In this document: in pieces, positions 63,204-64,000 of the stretch
Numbering within the stretch: the stretch's first letter is position 1
How the letters are laid out: each line of letters opens with the position of its first letter
Assembly: GCA_022826195.1 (NCBI GenBank)
Contig: JAJDVI010000091.1
Location: 26,483-90,482 of the forward strand
DNA: 64,000 nt
Source: Acidobacteriota bacterium
GTDB taxonomy: Bacteria; Acidobacteriota; Vicinamibacteria; Marinacidobacterales; Marinacidobacteraceae
Direction of reading: 5' to 3'
Notes under the pieces: model-generated
What the model saw: only the letters and a program-made list of their open reading frames with translations
What the model was told of the DNA's origin: nothing
The model's database searches: none
Made by a program: the position numbers and the translations under genes

Positions 63204-64000
63204 TTGCACCCACATTCGCGCCTGACAACAGCCATCGAAGCGCCGGAAACCGCCGAGGATCCGTGGGTGGAGGTGCTGTCCACCATCCGGACGAGCCTTT
63301 CCCCCCACGAATTCGACACCTGGTTCGCTCCGGCCCGGTTCGTGGAGGCCGAAGGCGACGTCGTCGTGATCCGGGTTCCCAACGCCATGTTCGCGAGCCA
63401 TCTCGAAGGTGAATACCGGGACCGGATCCTGAGCGCATTCGCGGCAACGGGCAACCCCATGGCCTCGATTCGGTGTTCGATCTCCTCGGGTCCTTCCGCC
63501 ACCCCCGGAGGAACCGCCTTCCCGGCCGGGAACGCCGGCGCTTCTCCGGGCATCGCGGGCGGCTCGGCGGTGGACGATGTGCCAACCGGCGCCCATCACG
63601 TCCGGAACGGCGAGTCACCCCGGACGGCCTTGCAGAGCGACGCCGTTTCCGCTTCGTTCTCCTTCGATTCCTTCGTTGTCGGCGCGAGCAACCGGTTCGC
63701 CCACTCGGCGGCCCTGGACGTGAGCAATCCGGGAGTCGAGAACTCCCCCTACAACCCACTCCTGATCTACGGAGAGGCCGGGCTCGGCAAGACCCACCTC
63801 CTCCAGGCGATCGCCCGGCGGTTTGTGGAACAAAACCCGGGACGAACGGTCCTCCTGACCAGGGGGGACACCTTCAGCACGCAGGTGGTCAGCGCCATCA
63901 AGTCGCACGATCTCTTCGGTTTTCGCCACGAGTGCGCCCAGCTCGACATGTTGCTGGTGGACAACATCCAGTTCATCACCGGTCTCGACAACTTCACCCG
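63204..64000 (+). CDS. dnaA: Chromosomal replication initiator DnaA (3' truncated)
   Basis: Open frame from TTG at 63204: FDTWF, VPN, SFDSFVVGASNRFAH, YNPLLIYGEAGLGKTHLL; divergent from rpmH. Confidence 0.93.
   Translation, partial: MHPHSRLTTAIEAPETAEDPWVEVLSTIRTSLSPHEFDTWFAPARFVEAEGDVVVIRVPNAMFASHLEGEYRDRILSAFAATGNPMASIRCSISSGPSATPGGTAFPAGNAGASPGIAGGSAVDDVPTGAHHVRNGESPRTALQSDAVSASFSFDSFVVGASNRFAHSAALDVSNPGVENSPYNPLLIYGEAGLGKTHLLQAIARRFVEQNPGRTVLLTRGDTFSTQVVSAIKSHDLFGFRHECAQLDMLLVDNIQFITGLDNFT

Overview
High-GC bacterial chromosomal segment next to the replication origin. It is probably Acidobacteriota-like, judged from the rsmG-parAB-bactofilin-atpF'FHAGDC order and an elb ether-lipid cluster; this taxonomy is inference. 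From left to right it carries: a DUF4143 AAA ATPase; a LysW-dependent lysine operon in which an EgtC-like Ntn hydrolase stands where lysK is expected; a three-gene exported operon with two Tat substrates; lipid genes; a REP-like 197-bp inverted-repeat element; a sugar ABC/GH63-like locus; elbBCDE with a divergent fabH; a YyaL-like gene with a probable CTG start; and a sulfatase. Next comes a ~10-kb lower-GC island (39.3-49.4 kb), then tandem paralogs with a Cys-bounded variable loop, the F1 ATP synthase operon, parAB with parS, yidC-yidD-rnpA-rpmH and partial dnaA. The island is the strongest candidate for an undescribed system: PT-associated methyltransferase, DndA-like desulfurase, DndC, an SspE/GmrSD-like DUF262-DUF1524 protein, a minimal SNF2 ATPase, a ParB-RHH protein, a CTPase-less ParB-like HTH protein and a beta-CASP nuclease, with no DndB/D/E or SspB/C. 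I saw no tRNA, rRNA, CRISPR array or integrase. All assignments come from motifs read by eye; no database searches were run.
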